Shown one piece after another: positions 13,970-27,470 of a stretch of DNA of 64,000 nucleotides. Position 1 is the first letter of the stretch. Each line of letters opens with the position of its first letter. The DNA is taken from the NCBI RefSeq assembly GCF_902713615.1, contig NC_052157.1, positions 111,369,524 through 111,433,523 of the forward strand. Direction: 5' to 3'. The position numbers were made by a program, and so were the translations under genes. The notes beneath the pieces were generated by a model that saw only the letters and a list, made by a program, of their open reading frames with translations, was not told the DNA's origin and ran no database searches. This DNA is from Scyliorhinus canicula. Lineage: Eukaryota.

Positions 13970-14385
13970 CAAGGGCGGCATAGTAGCACTGTTGCTTCAC
14001 AGCGCCAGGGTCCCACCTTCGATTCCCGGCTTGGGTCACTGCCTGTGCAGAGTCTGCACGTTCTCCCAGTGTCTGCGTGGGTTTCCTCTGGGTGCCCCGG
14101 TTTCCTCCCACAAGTCCCAAGAGACGTGTGAATTGGACATTCTGAATTCTCCCTCCGTGTACCAGAACAAGCGCCGGAATGTTGTGACTTGGGGCTTTTC
14201 ACAGTAATTTCACTGCAGTGTTAATGTAAGCCTATTTGTGACAGTATAGATTATTTAAAAGTATTAAAAAGGTTTGTGGGGATAGGATGGAGGCGAGGGC
14301 TTCAGCAGGGTGCTCTTTCCAAGGGCCAGTGCAGACACGATGGTCCGAATGGCCTCCTTCTGCACCGTAGAGATTCTATGATTCT

Positions 14386-14892
14386 AGCACTTGGAAAACA
14401 GTGGCAGGGTTGGACAAAGTCACCATGAATTTATAAAAGTGAAATCGTACTTGACAAATCTACTGTAATTAATCGAGGATATAACCAGTAGAGTTGATGA
14501 GGGGGAGTAGTGGATGTGGTTTATTTGGACTTTCAGAAGACGTTTGACAAAGTCCCCCATAAGAGATTAGCATGTAAAATTAAAGTGCATGGAATTGGGG
14601 GTAGTGTATTGATATGGATAGAAAACTGGTTGGCAGACAGGAAACAAAGAGTAAGAATAAAGTGGTCTTTTTCCAAGTGGCAGGCAGTGACAAGTGGGGT
14701 ATTGCAGGGATCAGTGCTCGGACCCCAGCTATTGACAATATATATTAATGATTGAGATGAGAGAATTAAATGTAATATCTCCAAATTATTTGGACTTTGA
14801 GAAGGCTTTCATCAAAGTCTCCCATAAGAGATTAGCGTGTGAAATTAAGTTCATGGGACTGAGGGTAGTGTATTGAAATGGATAGAAATTGG
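14386..14892 (+). mobile_element. CR1 RT fragment with an internal ~105-bp duplication
   Basis: DVVYLDFQKTFDKVPH..GVLQGSVLGP. 14521-14630 is repeated at 14787-14892. Confidence 0.85.
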
Positions 14893-15220
14893 TCACGGTA
14901 GAAGAACTGCATTTGGCAATCCCAACGCAATAATCCATGGAGTGATGGGATGTTGGTTAGTTTGATTATTCCATTGACTGTCAACCAGCTCACTATAGAA
15001 GCACCGAGTATAGGCTGGAGTAGAATAAGGGAGTCTGTTTTCTATATTACATTTTTAACAGTGTGCTTACAATGAGTAATTTAAAAGAGATTATGATCCC
15101 TGTGGGGTGCTTGGGCTTTAATGCCACAATAATCAAATCAATCCCCTCACCTGCTTAACACGAACTAAGTGTGAAGATTACAGGCATGCATGGAAAGAAC
15201 CTTTAAAAAAAATGACTTAC

Positions 15221-15373
15221 CCTCCATTTTGTGTAATCACTCAGGGAATTTGGACCATATTTAACTTCAGCAATTGCAGATTTCACAAAGTCTTTTGCAA
15301 CCGCTTTTATTTCAGCAACTGCTGGGGGTTCCGAGACCTGGGCTTTGTACTTTTTCTCCCAGAAATCAGTTAT
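15221..15373 (-). CDS. LRWD1: LRWD1 coding exon 4
   Basis: ctctag acceptor, 153 nt, GTAAGT donor. DFVKSAIAEVKYGPNSLSDYTKWR aligns with human DFVKSAVRDVRYGPESLSEFTQWR. Confidence 0.93.
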
Positions 15374-15913
15374 CTAGAGAAAACCAAAAACAAAACCTGA
15401 TACTCTGATAAATATATGCACTGGCATTCTATCTTACAAAACTTCAGTTCAAAAAAAAAATCACTTCAATTTTCTGAGGTTGGCATAAGTGACTTTATTT
15501 CAGAATCGGAATTTAAGGATGGAAGTAACCTGGATTTTTGGGAAGCCAGAATCATTATTTGAAGTTCAAATAAGGGAAAATTTTTAAAAAATGAAATGTC
15601 AACAGAAATAAGTGAATAAAAAGATTACATGGGTGGGATGATGGGGGTTACCATCTAGCAACAGAAAACAAAATAGCAATTGTTGTTTGAAAATCAATTC
15701 AAATAGCCAATACAAAGCTCTGAGTATATCTTATAAATTCCATTTATATGTGCACCTCAGATAATTGTTAATTTTTAAAAGTCCACCATATACATCACAC
15801 CATGTACATACTTTCTGATGTATTTTGAGGAATTATTGTAAATTAGCTCAAAATAATCTAAAGATGCAACTTTTAAAAAAAAACAAATTTTAATCGAGCC
15901 CCAATTTCATCAA

Positions 15914-18228
15914 GTGCTACGATCCCAGTTGATGTTACGACCGGACGGGAAGATCTCAGAATGAACTGTAGCTTTTTGTTTTAGAAAACGTACAGGAACA
16001 GAGTCACAGGACTATCAATCAGAATTTAACAATTTTTTTAACACAGTCAATGTGAAGTTTAATTATAATACAACATTCCTTCACTCCCACTTATCTTCAC
16101 AAATGTACATAAATTTCAAGATCACAGGTTACACCATCTAACTTATGCTCAAATGTTTGCAATAAACACACAGTCCATGTAACCCAACAGGTTAACTATA
16201 GTCAGACATCTCATTCTGAAACCCAGTGGCAGATGTCACTCAATCGAACTTGTGGGTAACCCCACCCCCCAGTTGTTGTCAAACAAGTGTTTCTAAACTC
16301 CACTCAAAAAAGATGCTTGAAAATCTTCTTTCAAACTATTCTTTCCCTCAGCTGTTTTCATCAAAGATCCACCTCCATGTTTTCCAATCATTCTTTCAAA
16401 CCAGGCCTCTCTCAGGTGTTTCAGCACAGATGCACGGCCCGTTTTCCAATTCTCCTTTCAGGATTCCTTTGTCTTGAATTGCCACATGCACCCAAACTTC
16501 TGCACAAAAACCCAGGTACTCAGTCCCCAAAGATTATTATTGTTTCAAGGACAAGAAATAAGGACACCAAATCTTACGATTGTTTCAGATTGGTCTCTGG
16601 CTTCTCGCTAGCCAGTCACCAACTGCTTCACTTTTCATAGAATCATTGAATTTACAATGCAGAAGGAGGCCATTCAGCCCATCAAGTCTGCACCAGCCCT
16701 TGGAAAGAGCACCCCACTATTTTTTTAAAAATAAATTTAGATTACCCAATTATTTTTTCTATTAAGGGGCAATTTAGCGTGGCCAATCCACCTACTCTGC
16801 ACATTTTTTTTTAGGTTGTGGGGGCGAAACCCACGCAGACACGGAGAGAATGTGCAAACTCCACACGGACAGTGACCCAGAGCCGGGATCGAACCTGGGA
16901 CCTCAGCGCCGTGAGGCGGTTGTGCTAACCACTAGGCCACCATGCTGCCCGAGAGCACCCTACTTAAGCCCACACCTCCATCCTATCCCCGTAACCCAGT
17001 AAGCCCACCTAACCTTGGGAAGCAAGGTGGCGCAGTGGTTAGCATTACTGCCTCATGGTGCCAAGGTCCCAGGTTCGATCCCGGCTCTGGGTCACTGCCC
17101 GCATGGAGTTTGCACATTCTCCCCTTGTTTGCATGGGTTTCACCCCCACAATCCAAAGATGTGCAGGGTAGGTGAATTGGCCACGTTAAATTGCCTCTTA
17201 ATTGGAAAAAAAGAATTGGGTACTCAAAATTTTTTTTTTTTTTAAACAACCTAACCTTTTTTGACACTAAGGGCAATTTAGCATAGCCAATCCACCTAAC
17301 CTGCACATCTTTGGACTGTGGGATGGGTGGCAAATGGCGCAGTGGATAGCACTGGGACTGCGGTGCTGAGGACTCGGGTTCGAATCCCGGCCCTGGGTCA
17401 CTGTCCGTGTGGAGTTTGCACATTCTCCCCATGTCTGCGTGGGTTTCACCACCACAACCCAAAGATGTGCCGGTTAGTTGGATTGGTCACGCTAAATTTC
17501 CCCCTTATTGGAGAAAAAATAAATAATTGGGTACTCTAAATTTATTTATAAAAAAATCTTTGGACTGTGGGAGGAAACCAGAAACCACGCAGACACAGGG
17601 AGAATGTGAAGACTCTGCACAGACAGTGACCCAAGCCAGGAATCGAACCTGGGACCCTGGAGCTGTGAACCAACTGTGCTAACCACTGTGCTACCGTGCC
17701 GCCAATCAGCTCAGTCTTAAGTTCAATTAACAGTATCCTGGTCTAGTTCCAGTTTTCCTCTCCATCCAATCATCTTGGTATCTTCACTTTTCATTCTCTA
17801 GCCTCCATAACTAGCTATTTTTGGGAAGTCTAGTTTTTGGGAAGTCTCCCTTGTCCCGCTTCTGGCAGGGCTGAGAGCTGTTCCCTCTCTAGCTTCCTAG
17901 TTCCATCTAAATGGATTCAGTTAAACACTAAAACTCAAAACTGCTAAAAGTGGCCCGTGGCTGCAAGCAACAGCTAATTCTTTCCCCAAGCTCATATTTA
18001 CCTTTCCCTTCGTAAACTCCCTCTCAGCACAATAGAAATACAGTTTGAACTAAAACCAAAACATCGCTCTCCCATATACATAACACGTTTGTCAAACATG
18101 AATCTAAGTAAGAGTTGTATCCTTTCATACATAAAAACACTAAATTAAACCCATTTAAATCTATGTTATTTCTCACATTTAACAATACAATTATAGGTCA
18201 CATAAAGCTACCTCAATTTCCTGATACA
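15914..18228 (-). mobile_element. Solo LTR-like element carrying a nest of SINEs (16636-17703)
   Basis: End resembles the other LTR ends (cgtaaca/cgtagca), with an adjacent AATTGGGGCTCG PBS-like remnant. Boundaries approximate. Confidence 0.45.
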
Positions 18229-18261
18229 AGCAAAAATGATACTCTATGGTTATGTACTCAC

Positions 18262-18381
18262 TAGAGACATGAGCTTTCGGCTGTTGACAAATCTCAGGTG
18301 ATTTGCGCTGGATGTTATATCTTTGCCATTGAATCGCCGGAGATTGGGTAACAGGTACATTACCTTGTATGTGTCACAGAT
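18262..18381 (-). CDS. LRWD1: LRWD1 coding exon 3 (LRR cap)
   Basis: ttccag acceptor, 120 nt, GTGAGT donor. ICDTYKVMYLLPNLRRFNGKDITSS aligns with human VNDNLKVSFLLPTLRKVNGKDASS. Confidence 0.92.
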
Positions 18382-18638
18382 CTGGAAGGAAATAAACAAA
18401 GAGTTACATGTTATCCACGTAATATTGTAACAACATTTTTGACATTGTAATAGATTTGAGTGCTTTTTTTCCCGGTTTGCAGAATTATTTTAGGATTCCC
18501 CCATCATCAAGGTCACTCATTTCCAGTTTTGGAATGACAAGAGAGACAGGTCCCCAATGCACAAGTTAAAATGGTGCAAAATGTCTTGTATTGAAATTAG
18601 AAATTACTAGTTATTTATTCATTTGGTAATTTATAACA

Positions 18639-21322
18639 TGTTATGAATATAGGAATTTCAGATATATTGTATTATATGTATTTGGTGCAGTAAGGGTTAA
18701 AAGCTTGGGTTAGTGTGTGTATGACTACTGCAGCAGTGTTTTTAAAAACTCGGGGTTGCAAGCCAGCTAGGCTTTTTGGGAAACAAAGGTGCAGTTAAAG
18801 CATCATAAAAGCTGGGGAGAATGGATTTTTGTTTGAATTAAAAGGGTTCCCTGGGGACTAGATAGTTGGAGACATTTGGTGGGATTCTCTGTCTTGCCAC
18901 ACCAGATTTCTGATGCGGCGGGTCTCCGGGATTCTCCGTCTCGCCAGCTGGCCAATATGGGTTTTCCCATTGTGGGTGGCCCCAGATTGTCGGGAAACCT
19001 CAGGGCTGCCGGCGAAACAGAGAATCCTGACAGTGGAGAATCCAGCCTATTGTGTTTCAGTTTAGTAAGATGATTTAATTAATAAGAGGAGCTAGAGTAC
19101 CAGGCATTTTGCAGAAAAACAGACACTGCAGTTGGTTCCTGGAAGTCAAACACTGAAGACCGTAGCTAGAGATCCCACATTGTTCTGACAGTATTCAGGT
19201 CTATCTCTTAAAATATTCTCAAAGAACATCCCTTAAGTGAGTATGCCTGGGTCTGCTAACTGGATTTTAAAATGGGGACTTCCGGTGGCACGAAGCAAGG
19301 AGAAGATGTGCACGAGCTGGCTCTCACTGGAAATCTGACCTTTCAACATTTTCCTGGCACCATGGGTTGTCAACTTGTTGAAAAAAAACCTGTAAATTAT
19401 CGAGGTAGAATTCCCTCATCTCTGCTATGCCTAAGGGAGGCAAAGCCAGAAAAGAATCGGCCTGAATTTCAATGGCAGACACTGGTGCCTCTCCCGACTG
19501 GAGGCAAGTTGCTGATGACAGATTCTTCTCCAGCTACTCCACTAACAGCCGAAACACCCAACAAAATTTTGGCTGTTGTTCAGTTCCAGGAGGATTACGA
19601 GTGTATGACATCAACCAAGGAGGTCTTGGTTCCCATTCATTCAGTTCTCAAGATCACCAGCCAGACTGTTGACCATCGAAGCACAAGGAGCCACAATGTC
19701 AGATTATACCAGAACATGAGTGTAAACTTTGCCAAGCAAAGGGCTGCCTTTAACAAAGTGAAATCTTCCCTATATAAGATGGAGTCAACTTTGGGGTAAT
19801 TTATCCAGCCCGCTTTTATGTAACATTCTGTGAAAAATACTATTTTTGTGACTCACCGGAAGACGCAGGATCACTTGTTCAGAAGCACAGTTTGGGCTCC
19901 GTTTAATGTGATCTAAGGCTCACTGCGTGGGCACATTTCACGTCTGTCGTATTGGTGTATTCTTGATGACCGTAATTATACATGAGGATTTTCTACAGTT
20001 TGCTCCTTATCTCAGCCTATATTTTGTCTTTTTTTGTTATTACCATGTGGTGCGACTTTCGGTGCTCTAAGTTAAATACGTTTTTATTCTTCAGTTGGGA
20101 GTCTCCCTGTTAGCAAGGTACAATAGTTAACGGGAGTGATATTATTAAAAGAGGCTTCTGCACCTCATAATAGTGTTTAAAATGAGCTTTGAGTTTGTGT
20201 TGAGTTATGTTGTTAGTTGTAGGTATTAGGCCAAGTTCTTGTTTGCCACTGTTCCATTTGCTTTTGAGTGTGGTTGTGCTCAACTGTGATGGCTTATTTG
20301 GGTTGGTGGGGTGAGTTTTAGTTTGCTGACGGTGTCTGCTGATCTGTCTTTTGTCAAGTCACCTGACTTGGCTCAGCGGCCATCTTAGGTTGGCCTTCTT
20401 GTTTTGTCTTCTCAGTGGCCCTTGTTTAACATTCCTTCCTTGGCAATGGCTGACTCAGGGTGGCGGAAGACCTCCAATCAGATTGATTACTTGGAACATT
20501 AGGGGGTTGAATGGCCCTGTAAAACCATCACACATCCGCACATCTAAGAGCCTAAATTATGATTTTTTTTCGCAAGAGGCCAATTTACGCATTAAAGATC
20601 AGACCGGGCTGCACAAAAGATGGGTTGGGCAAGATTTTCAATCTAAGTTTTAATAGCAGGGCCAGGGGGACGGCAATTTTAATCAACAAAAGAGTCCAAT
20701 TCTCCTAATCCCAGATTGCGGCTGACCCAAATGGTCGATATATAATCACATGCGGTTCCCTATTGAACTGCAGTGTTTCTGGTCAATGTCTATGCCCCTA
20801 ATTGGGATGATACGAACTTCATCATCTCTTTGTTATCTTCCCTCGACTGACACCATCTTATTTTAGGAGGCAAACTGAACTATATTCTGGATCCAAAATT
20901 GGATCACTCAAAACTCAAATCTTTTGTTCCATCTGGGGTGGCCAGGGCTTTGTCTTCCTTCACGACTCAGACGGGAGGGGTAGACACCTGGCATTTCTTA
21001 CACCCGAATGTCAGGATTTTCTCCTTTTTCTCTCATGTTCACCATGTGTACTCTCGCATTAATTTTTTCATTCTGGAAAGGGCTCTCCTCCGAAAGGTAG
21101 TCGCAGCTGAGTACTCAGCAATTGTAATCTCTAACCATGCTCCACACTTTATTGATCTGTTGCTAGAGTCCGGCCCCACCCATCATCCACCCTGGAAGAT
21201 GAACACTATTTTGTTGGCCAATAAGGAATTTTGCAAGTGCCTGTCCACCTCTATAAAATCAAATATTGGGGTTTCTGTCCAGTATCCTAGACACTGTTGG
21301 GGGTCTGGTCCGGGATCGTAAT
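18639..21322 (+). mobile_element. LTR-like element interrupted by a palindromic MITE (18878-19047) and an L1 fragment
   Basis: Starts TGTTATG. The end at 21262-21322 matches the reverse complement of the 5242 LTR terminus. Confidence 0.5.
19275..21255 (+). mobile_element. L1/Tx1-clade LINE 5' portion (5'UTR, deleted ORF1, endonuclease)
   Basis: GACTTCCGG start, ORF1 remnant RLYQNMSVNFAKQRAAFNKVK, endonuclease PIRLITWNIRGLNGPVK and FSFFSHVHHVYSRINFF..SNHAP. Confidence 0.85.
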
Positions 21323-23676
21323 AAATGGAATGTGATCTTCAAAATGCCTTTACAAGTTTTGGAATCTCATGATAAAACAGAATCTGAATGATCACATCAT
21401 AATGAAACACTGGTCTACCCACCACCCAATACAATTTTAGTCCTTCTCTGCCCTTTCTGTACTCTGCTTGAGTTTTCTACCATAAAATGAACATTTATCA
21501 CTTGACTCCTTTTTCTATTTCATTTTAATCTCACTTTTTGTAATCATTCAGAGAGCTCTAGCTTTGGATGTCCTTCATTTCTCCCTCATAGAATATAACA
21601 CACAACTCAAATAAACAAATAAAACATAACGTTTAATCATCCCGTTCCAATTCGGGTGTCATAACGTTAGGAGGACAATGAGAAAGACAGCAGAAATGCA
21701 TGAGACACATAAATGGTAAAATAAGATGATTTGCTGATTCTGCAATAACAAAGACATATTCACCCTTTGGCACTTTACAGTTCAAAATATATAAACTTTG
21801 TTCTTAATAATGAATCTGATGGCAGTGCTGTGATCTATCCACAACGTAACAGTGATTGATGAGGCTGCAGTCACCGTCAAGAGGTTCAAACTTTGCTCCC
21901 AGTCGCAACTGAATTGTTGTGGTGAGGCGTTAAACACATTTAAGATGCTTTATCAGAGGAGCTGGAGGAAAATGCCATAGAATCCCTACAGTGCAGAAGG
22001 AAGCCATTGGGCACATCAGGTCTGCACCGACCCTCCCAAAGAGCACCCTACCTAGGCCAGGCATCGGAGTGTGGCGACTAGGGGCTTTTCACAGTAACTT
22101 CATTGTAGTATTAATGAAAGCCTACTTGTGGCAATAATAAATATTATTATTATCCCGTAACCCCACCTAACCTTTGGACACCAAGGGGCAATTTATATCA
22201 GAAGTAAAGTCAGCCAATGAGTTATTGTCATGTCACATTGCAGTGACTTAAGAGCAGCATTGTGGCAGGCTTGGGAGGCACAAATTTTTTTTTTACGGAA
22301 AGTTAGACTAGATTAGAATCTTGCCTGCCTGTAGCGTGTTTGTCGGTGGTGGGCGGTGGTCTGCCATTGACGGGATCTTCTGGTCCCGTCACTAGAAATG
22401 GTATTTCCCATTGAATCCACTCCAGGGTGTGCCATCTGCAGGATCGGAAGATCCCGCCATCTTGAACAGTTCAATGTTTCACGCAGGCTGACTTATTTAG
22501 AAGGTTCTGTATTTTTAAGCATTCCAATACTCTGCTGAGTTTCGATGCTTCTACATTCATAGATAATTCATTCACAGAATCCCTACAGTGCAAAAAGAGG
22601 CCAACCAGCACATTGAATCTCTGAACCTACCCTCTGAAAGAGCACCCTGCCTCGGCACAATTCCCCACCTTATCCCCGTAACTCCACCTAACCTACCCAT
22701 CTCTGTACACTAAGGGGCAATTTAACACAGCCAATCAACCTAATTTGCACATTTTTGGACTGTGGAGGAAACTGGAGCACCCGGGAGAATTGGGGAGCAT
22801 GGTAGCACAATGGTTAGCACTGTTGTTTCACAGCACCAAGGTCCCAGGTTCGATTTCCAGCTTGGATCACTGTGTGTGGAGTATGCACGTGTCTGCGTGG
22901 GTTTCCTTCGGGTGCTCCAGTTTCCTCACACATATCCCGATAGATGTGCTGTTAGGTGAATTAGACATTCTCAATTCTCCCTCTGTGCACCCGAACAGAT
23001 GCCGGAATGTGGCAGCTAGGGGCTTTTCGCAGTAACTTCATTGCAGGTAAAGATTATTAATTAAAACCTACGCAGTACAGGGAGAATGTGAAAACTCCAC
23101 ACAGTCACCCAAGGCCACAATTGAACCTGGTGCCACAGCAGTGCTAACCAGTGTGCGGCCAACATATTGTTTCACCAGGAAGCTGATCTATTAATTTTAG
23201 CCTGAAGAGCTTGGTCTATAAATTTGGCATTTGTCACCTTTTTTTAAAGTATCGGAGAATGTGAAAATTAGATGAAGAATAAAGGGATTAAGGGTTATGG
23301 TGTTCAGGCCGGAAAGTGGAGCTGAGTCCACAAAAGATCAGCCATGGTTTCACTGAATGGCGGAGCAGGCTCGAGGGGCCATATGGCATACTCCTGCTCC
23401 TAGTACTTATGAATACTACTATATACTGTAATTAGCAGCCAATTGTTAACACTGAACACCTTACGCCACACACAACATGCAAAATGGGGTAATCTTCAGA
23501 TCACAGGAAATTCTGACTTCAGATGCTAACCTATTGCCATTAACACAAGATAAAGATGTTGTTAAGCAGAAACATTGAACAGCAAGTACCTTATCTTGAT
23601 TGTGCCTTCAGGGATTACTTTCCCATAGAGAATTACTTCTCTTCCTAAAGACAGACTCAAGAGCTGACCAGACGGT

Positions 23677-24005
23677 GGGCAGCATGGTAGCATTGTGGAT
23701 AGCACAAATGCTTCACAGCTCCAGGGTCCCAGGTTCGAATCCCGGCTTGGGTCACTGTCTGTGCGGAGTCTGCACATTTTCCCCGAGTGTGCGTGGGTTT
23801 CCTCCGGGTGCTCCGGTTTCCTCCCACAGTCCAAAGATGTGCGGGTTAGGTGGATTGGCCATGCTAAATTGCCCTTAGTGTTAGGTGGGGTTACTGGGTT
23901 ATGGGGATAGGGTGGAGGTATGGGCTTGGGTAGGGTGCTCTTTCCAAAAGCCGGTGCAGACTCGATGGGCCAAATGGCCTCCTTCTGCACTGTAAATTCT
24001 ATGAA
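23677..24005 (+). mobile_element. Well-preserved full-length V-SINE (HE1-like)
   Basis: Complete head, V domain and CR1-type tail. Confidence 0.92.
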
Positions 24006-24239
24006 ATCTATTAAAGTTTGCTTGCCTACTTTGGGTAGTTAGGCAATGTTGTGTGGTATGAAGTGAGGGAGGAAGGCAAGTACACCTGTAGAGGAGTAGA
24101 AAACTATATCTTTTTTTCAAGACTGTGTTATGTGGTTTGAAAACAGAATGTTACTTTAATTAAATCCAGACAGCTTTAATGATGTCAAAAGATGGTCACA
24201 ACAGTGTTGTTCAACTCAAGAGACTCTTCAATCACTTAC

Positions 24240-24474
24240 TGTCAAGTACATGTTATCTTCACAATTCAGATCTTCGAGATTCTTAAACTGGTTCAATGAT
24301 GTAATCTGTTCCATATCATTATCTGCACAGTTGAGAAGTCTCAGGTTGACAAGTCCGAGATTGTCTGGAATTTCTGTCAACAGATTTCCAGACACATCCA
24401 GTTCTTCCAACTGCCGAAGCTGGGAAAATAACTTTGGATCCAAATCGCTTGTTTTCAATTGCAAGTTGGAAAGC
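24240..24474 (-). CDS. LRWD1: LRWD1 coding exon 2, leucine-rich repeats
   Basis: ttcag acceptor, 235 nt, GTAAGT donor. LSNLQLKTSDLDPKLFSQLRQLEELDVSGNLLTEIPDNLGLVNLRLLNC matches the LRWD1 LRRs (human LDPKLLCRLTQLQELDLSNNHLETLPDNLGL). Confidence 0.95.
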
Positions 24475-25308
24475 CTGAATAGAAACAGAAAAAAAAGAGA
24501 CGGATTAAATCTGAACACCAACACAGTGTCACTGGAATTTTCTCGTTTTACACAAGTTTCTATTTTGCCTGTCCCTCTGCTTAAAGGTTTTTCCCCCAGT
24601 ACAAAAATATTGAACATTCTACCATTCACTGGTACATTAAATACGTGCACAGAGGCAATTTATTTCTAATCAAAGTAGAAATTAAATTGTTCGACTTTTG
24701 ATCAAATATCAGGTTTATGCTCATTTTTAAAACACCTTCCTACTGCCATTCATATAGAAATCTAGCATGTATTCTAGGGAGACTTAAAAAATTCCTGGAA
24801 CCTAGAAGATTTATAAAACTAGAGACTGAAAGTCAACTCATTATTACATATCACCATAATTTACAATGACAATTTTAACACACTGAAATAAATTTAGAAT
24901 AACCACCCTCAAGATGGTTTTATTAAAGTTAAGAAATAGGAGCAGAATTCACCACTAAGCCTTATGAACCCACTCTGCCATTCAGATAATGGCTGATCTT
25001 TTACTTCAATGCCATTTTCTGCACCATCAAAGTGTTCCTTGATGTTTTTAATATGTATAGATCGATCGATCTCAGTCTTGAAAATACTCTGACTCACTCT
25101 CCATAACTCTGGGACAGAGAATTCCACAGATTCTCAGCATGCTGAGTGAAGAAGTTCCTCCTCATCTCAGTTCTAAATCACCTGCCCCTTATTCGTATTC
25201 TGAGACTGTTCCCCCGCACCCCCCGGTTTATTTACTGATACATCTAGAATTGATGCCAGATTTTACACGCGCCATGTTTTATTTTAAAATTGTATCAATT
25301 GTTCTTAC

Positions 25309-25388
25309 TTGATTTTCTTGACTTGTCCCAACTTGGAGTGTTTTGGGATTCCTTTTTCAAGCAACAGTTCTTTTGTGATCTTGGCCAT
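25309..25388 (-). CDS. LRWD1: LRWD1/ORCA first coding exon (MAKITKELLLEKGIPKHSKLGQVKKI..)
   Basis: ATG at 25388, 80 nt, donor GTAAG at 25308. Phase 2 joins the next exon in frame. Resembles the human LRWD1 N-terminus (LLMQRGRPKSDRLGKIRSL). Confidence 0.88.
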
Positions 25389-27470
25389 TCTTGAATTGGT
25401 TTGTATTGTTTGATTTAAAACAAAATTCAGCAAAGTCGCAACGCCGATCCTGTTCCTTCACTCATCGAAGTCTGCGCAACAAAATGCAAATAGACCATGG
25501 TGCTGATGGCAGGTTTGTAAAGCAGTGCCTAGTCAAAAACTATCTGACAATACCAAATGTCCCCGCTATGAAAAACCAATAAACTTCCAACTAAATCACT
25601 TAAGAACAAATTTTTAAAGAATTAAAATGCCTACTATTTCCAGACGCCTTTTCAGTAATTGGTAGTGCTGAACTCACTATAATCTACTCTAAAGTTTTTG
25701 ACACACCAGTGTGGAGGAATCGGACTGAGATTCACAATGAATTGAATACAAATTCATGCTGGTGTTAGGGAGAGATATCAGGCCTAATTCACCCAAACAT
25801 TGCATGAAATCTGATTTAATGAATGACAATGAATATTAATAATTTATGGTACATAAAATCCCAATTTTTGATTCTGTTTTTTGATGGTCAGAGTTCCTTG
25901 AAAAATCATGACTTTTTATTGAACTTGATAATGACATCCTACTTCACTGACTCTCTAAACACACATATTTGTCTTTGTATTATCGCAGCTGCAAGGGACC
26001 AGCATGAACAGATTTTTCAATAATTTCATTTTTGGTGCTTACGCAGAAGACAAAAATGAAGAAATTATTCCAGAAAGGTATCAGAATTCAGAATCTTCAA
26101 AACAGTTGACTTCTAACATAGGTTCTAACACGGTCAGGTTATAGTTGGCATTTTTTTGTTTCATCATAATTGAAATTGTGGAATATTATTCCCAGGTGGC
26201 GGCCTTTAAAAAAATCTAATCTAAGCCTTTATAATCCTTACATCTAATGAGTGAGTTTTTGGTTAAATGAAGAGGGTAACAGGAGGAATGTTATTTTACA
26301 ATGCGAAAATTTGCATCATTTTCCAGGGCATTCCATCACCTATTTTGATGACTGCATTTTTGTTCTCAAACCACTCCCATTCCCCACTTGCTGATGCACT
26401 GCACTCTGGTTGAGAGAAATCTTCACACTCGAGGCAACTGAAGCCAATCATTAGATATGTCAACACATGAACACTTTGTCAAGAGTTATGACATTATGAT
26501 GTTCTGATGCACTGAGCTCAATTAAGAGGCCTACATAGTGCATGTCAAGAGTGTGGAAAATTCTAGATTCTCAAGTTGTCATTAGTATGTACTGCAAATT
26601 ACCAGTTACACAGAAATATTGGAAGGTTTACTCAGGCCACTTGGCTTATTGTGTCCACTTTGTACAAACAGTTATCCAATCTAATCCCACCTTCCAGCTA
26701 GTTGTACTATGTCTGTCTGCACCTTTGTCTGTCCATACCTTTTGTCCTCTGTATATCAACCAGTTCTAAATGAATCTTACACAAAATGAGTCGAGCAAAT
26801 GGCATTTCTCATGTTCCAATTGAAAGGATACAGTGGAATTCGCACAACCAATTCTCAGATTAAGGGTTTGAAAATTCTGATAATACAATGGCATGAGATC
26901 TCAATTTATTTAAGTAATCTGCTCTGAAAAATCACCGAGTTCAAATTAGCAAGCCATCTTTTCCAGTTATAAGTGGCTCCTAAAAGTTAAAACCTTTATT
27001 TACAATTGTCAGACGAATTGCACCACAGTGGGAGACATGCAAACTCCTCCCCTTCAGGGATTGTTTAATTTGGATTGTTTGAATTTTTAAAAAAACTTTT
27101 ACTTCATTGAATCCCTACAGTGCAGGAGGCCATTTGGTCCATCAACTCTGCACCAACCCTCTGAAAGAGCACCCTACCTAGGCCCATGCCCACACCCCAT
27201 AACCATCTAACCTATTGGACATCACAAGATGTGCAGGTTAGGTGGATTGGCCATGCTAAATTGCCCCATCGTGTCCAAAGTTAGGTGGGGTTACTGGGAT
27301 AGGGTGGAGGTGTGGGCTTAAGTAGGGTGCTCTTTCAAGGGCCGGTGTAGACTCGATAGGCCGAATGGCCTCCTTCTGCACTGTAAATTCTATAATTTTA
27401 TGATAAGTGGCCAATCCACCTAGCCTGCACATCTCTGGACTGTGTGGTTACCCCTATCTTTGGATCTGTA

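Noticed and set aside
13922-14131. Functional histone H2A gene
   Set aside because: Only 14 codons match, the rest is SINE, and there is no histone fold or 3' stem-loop.
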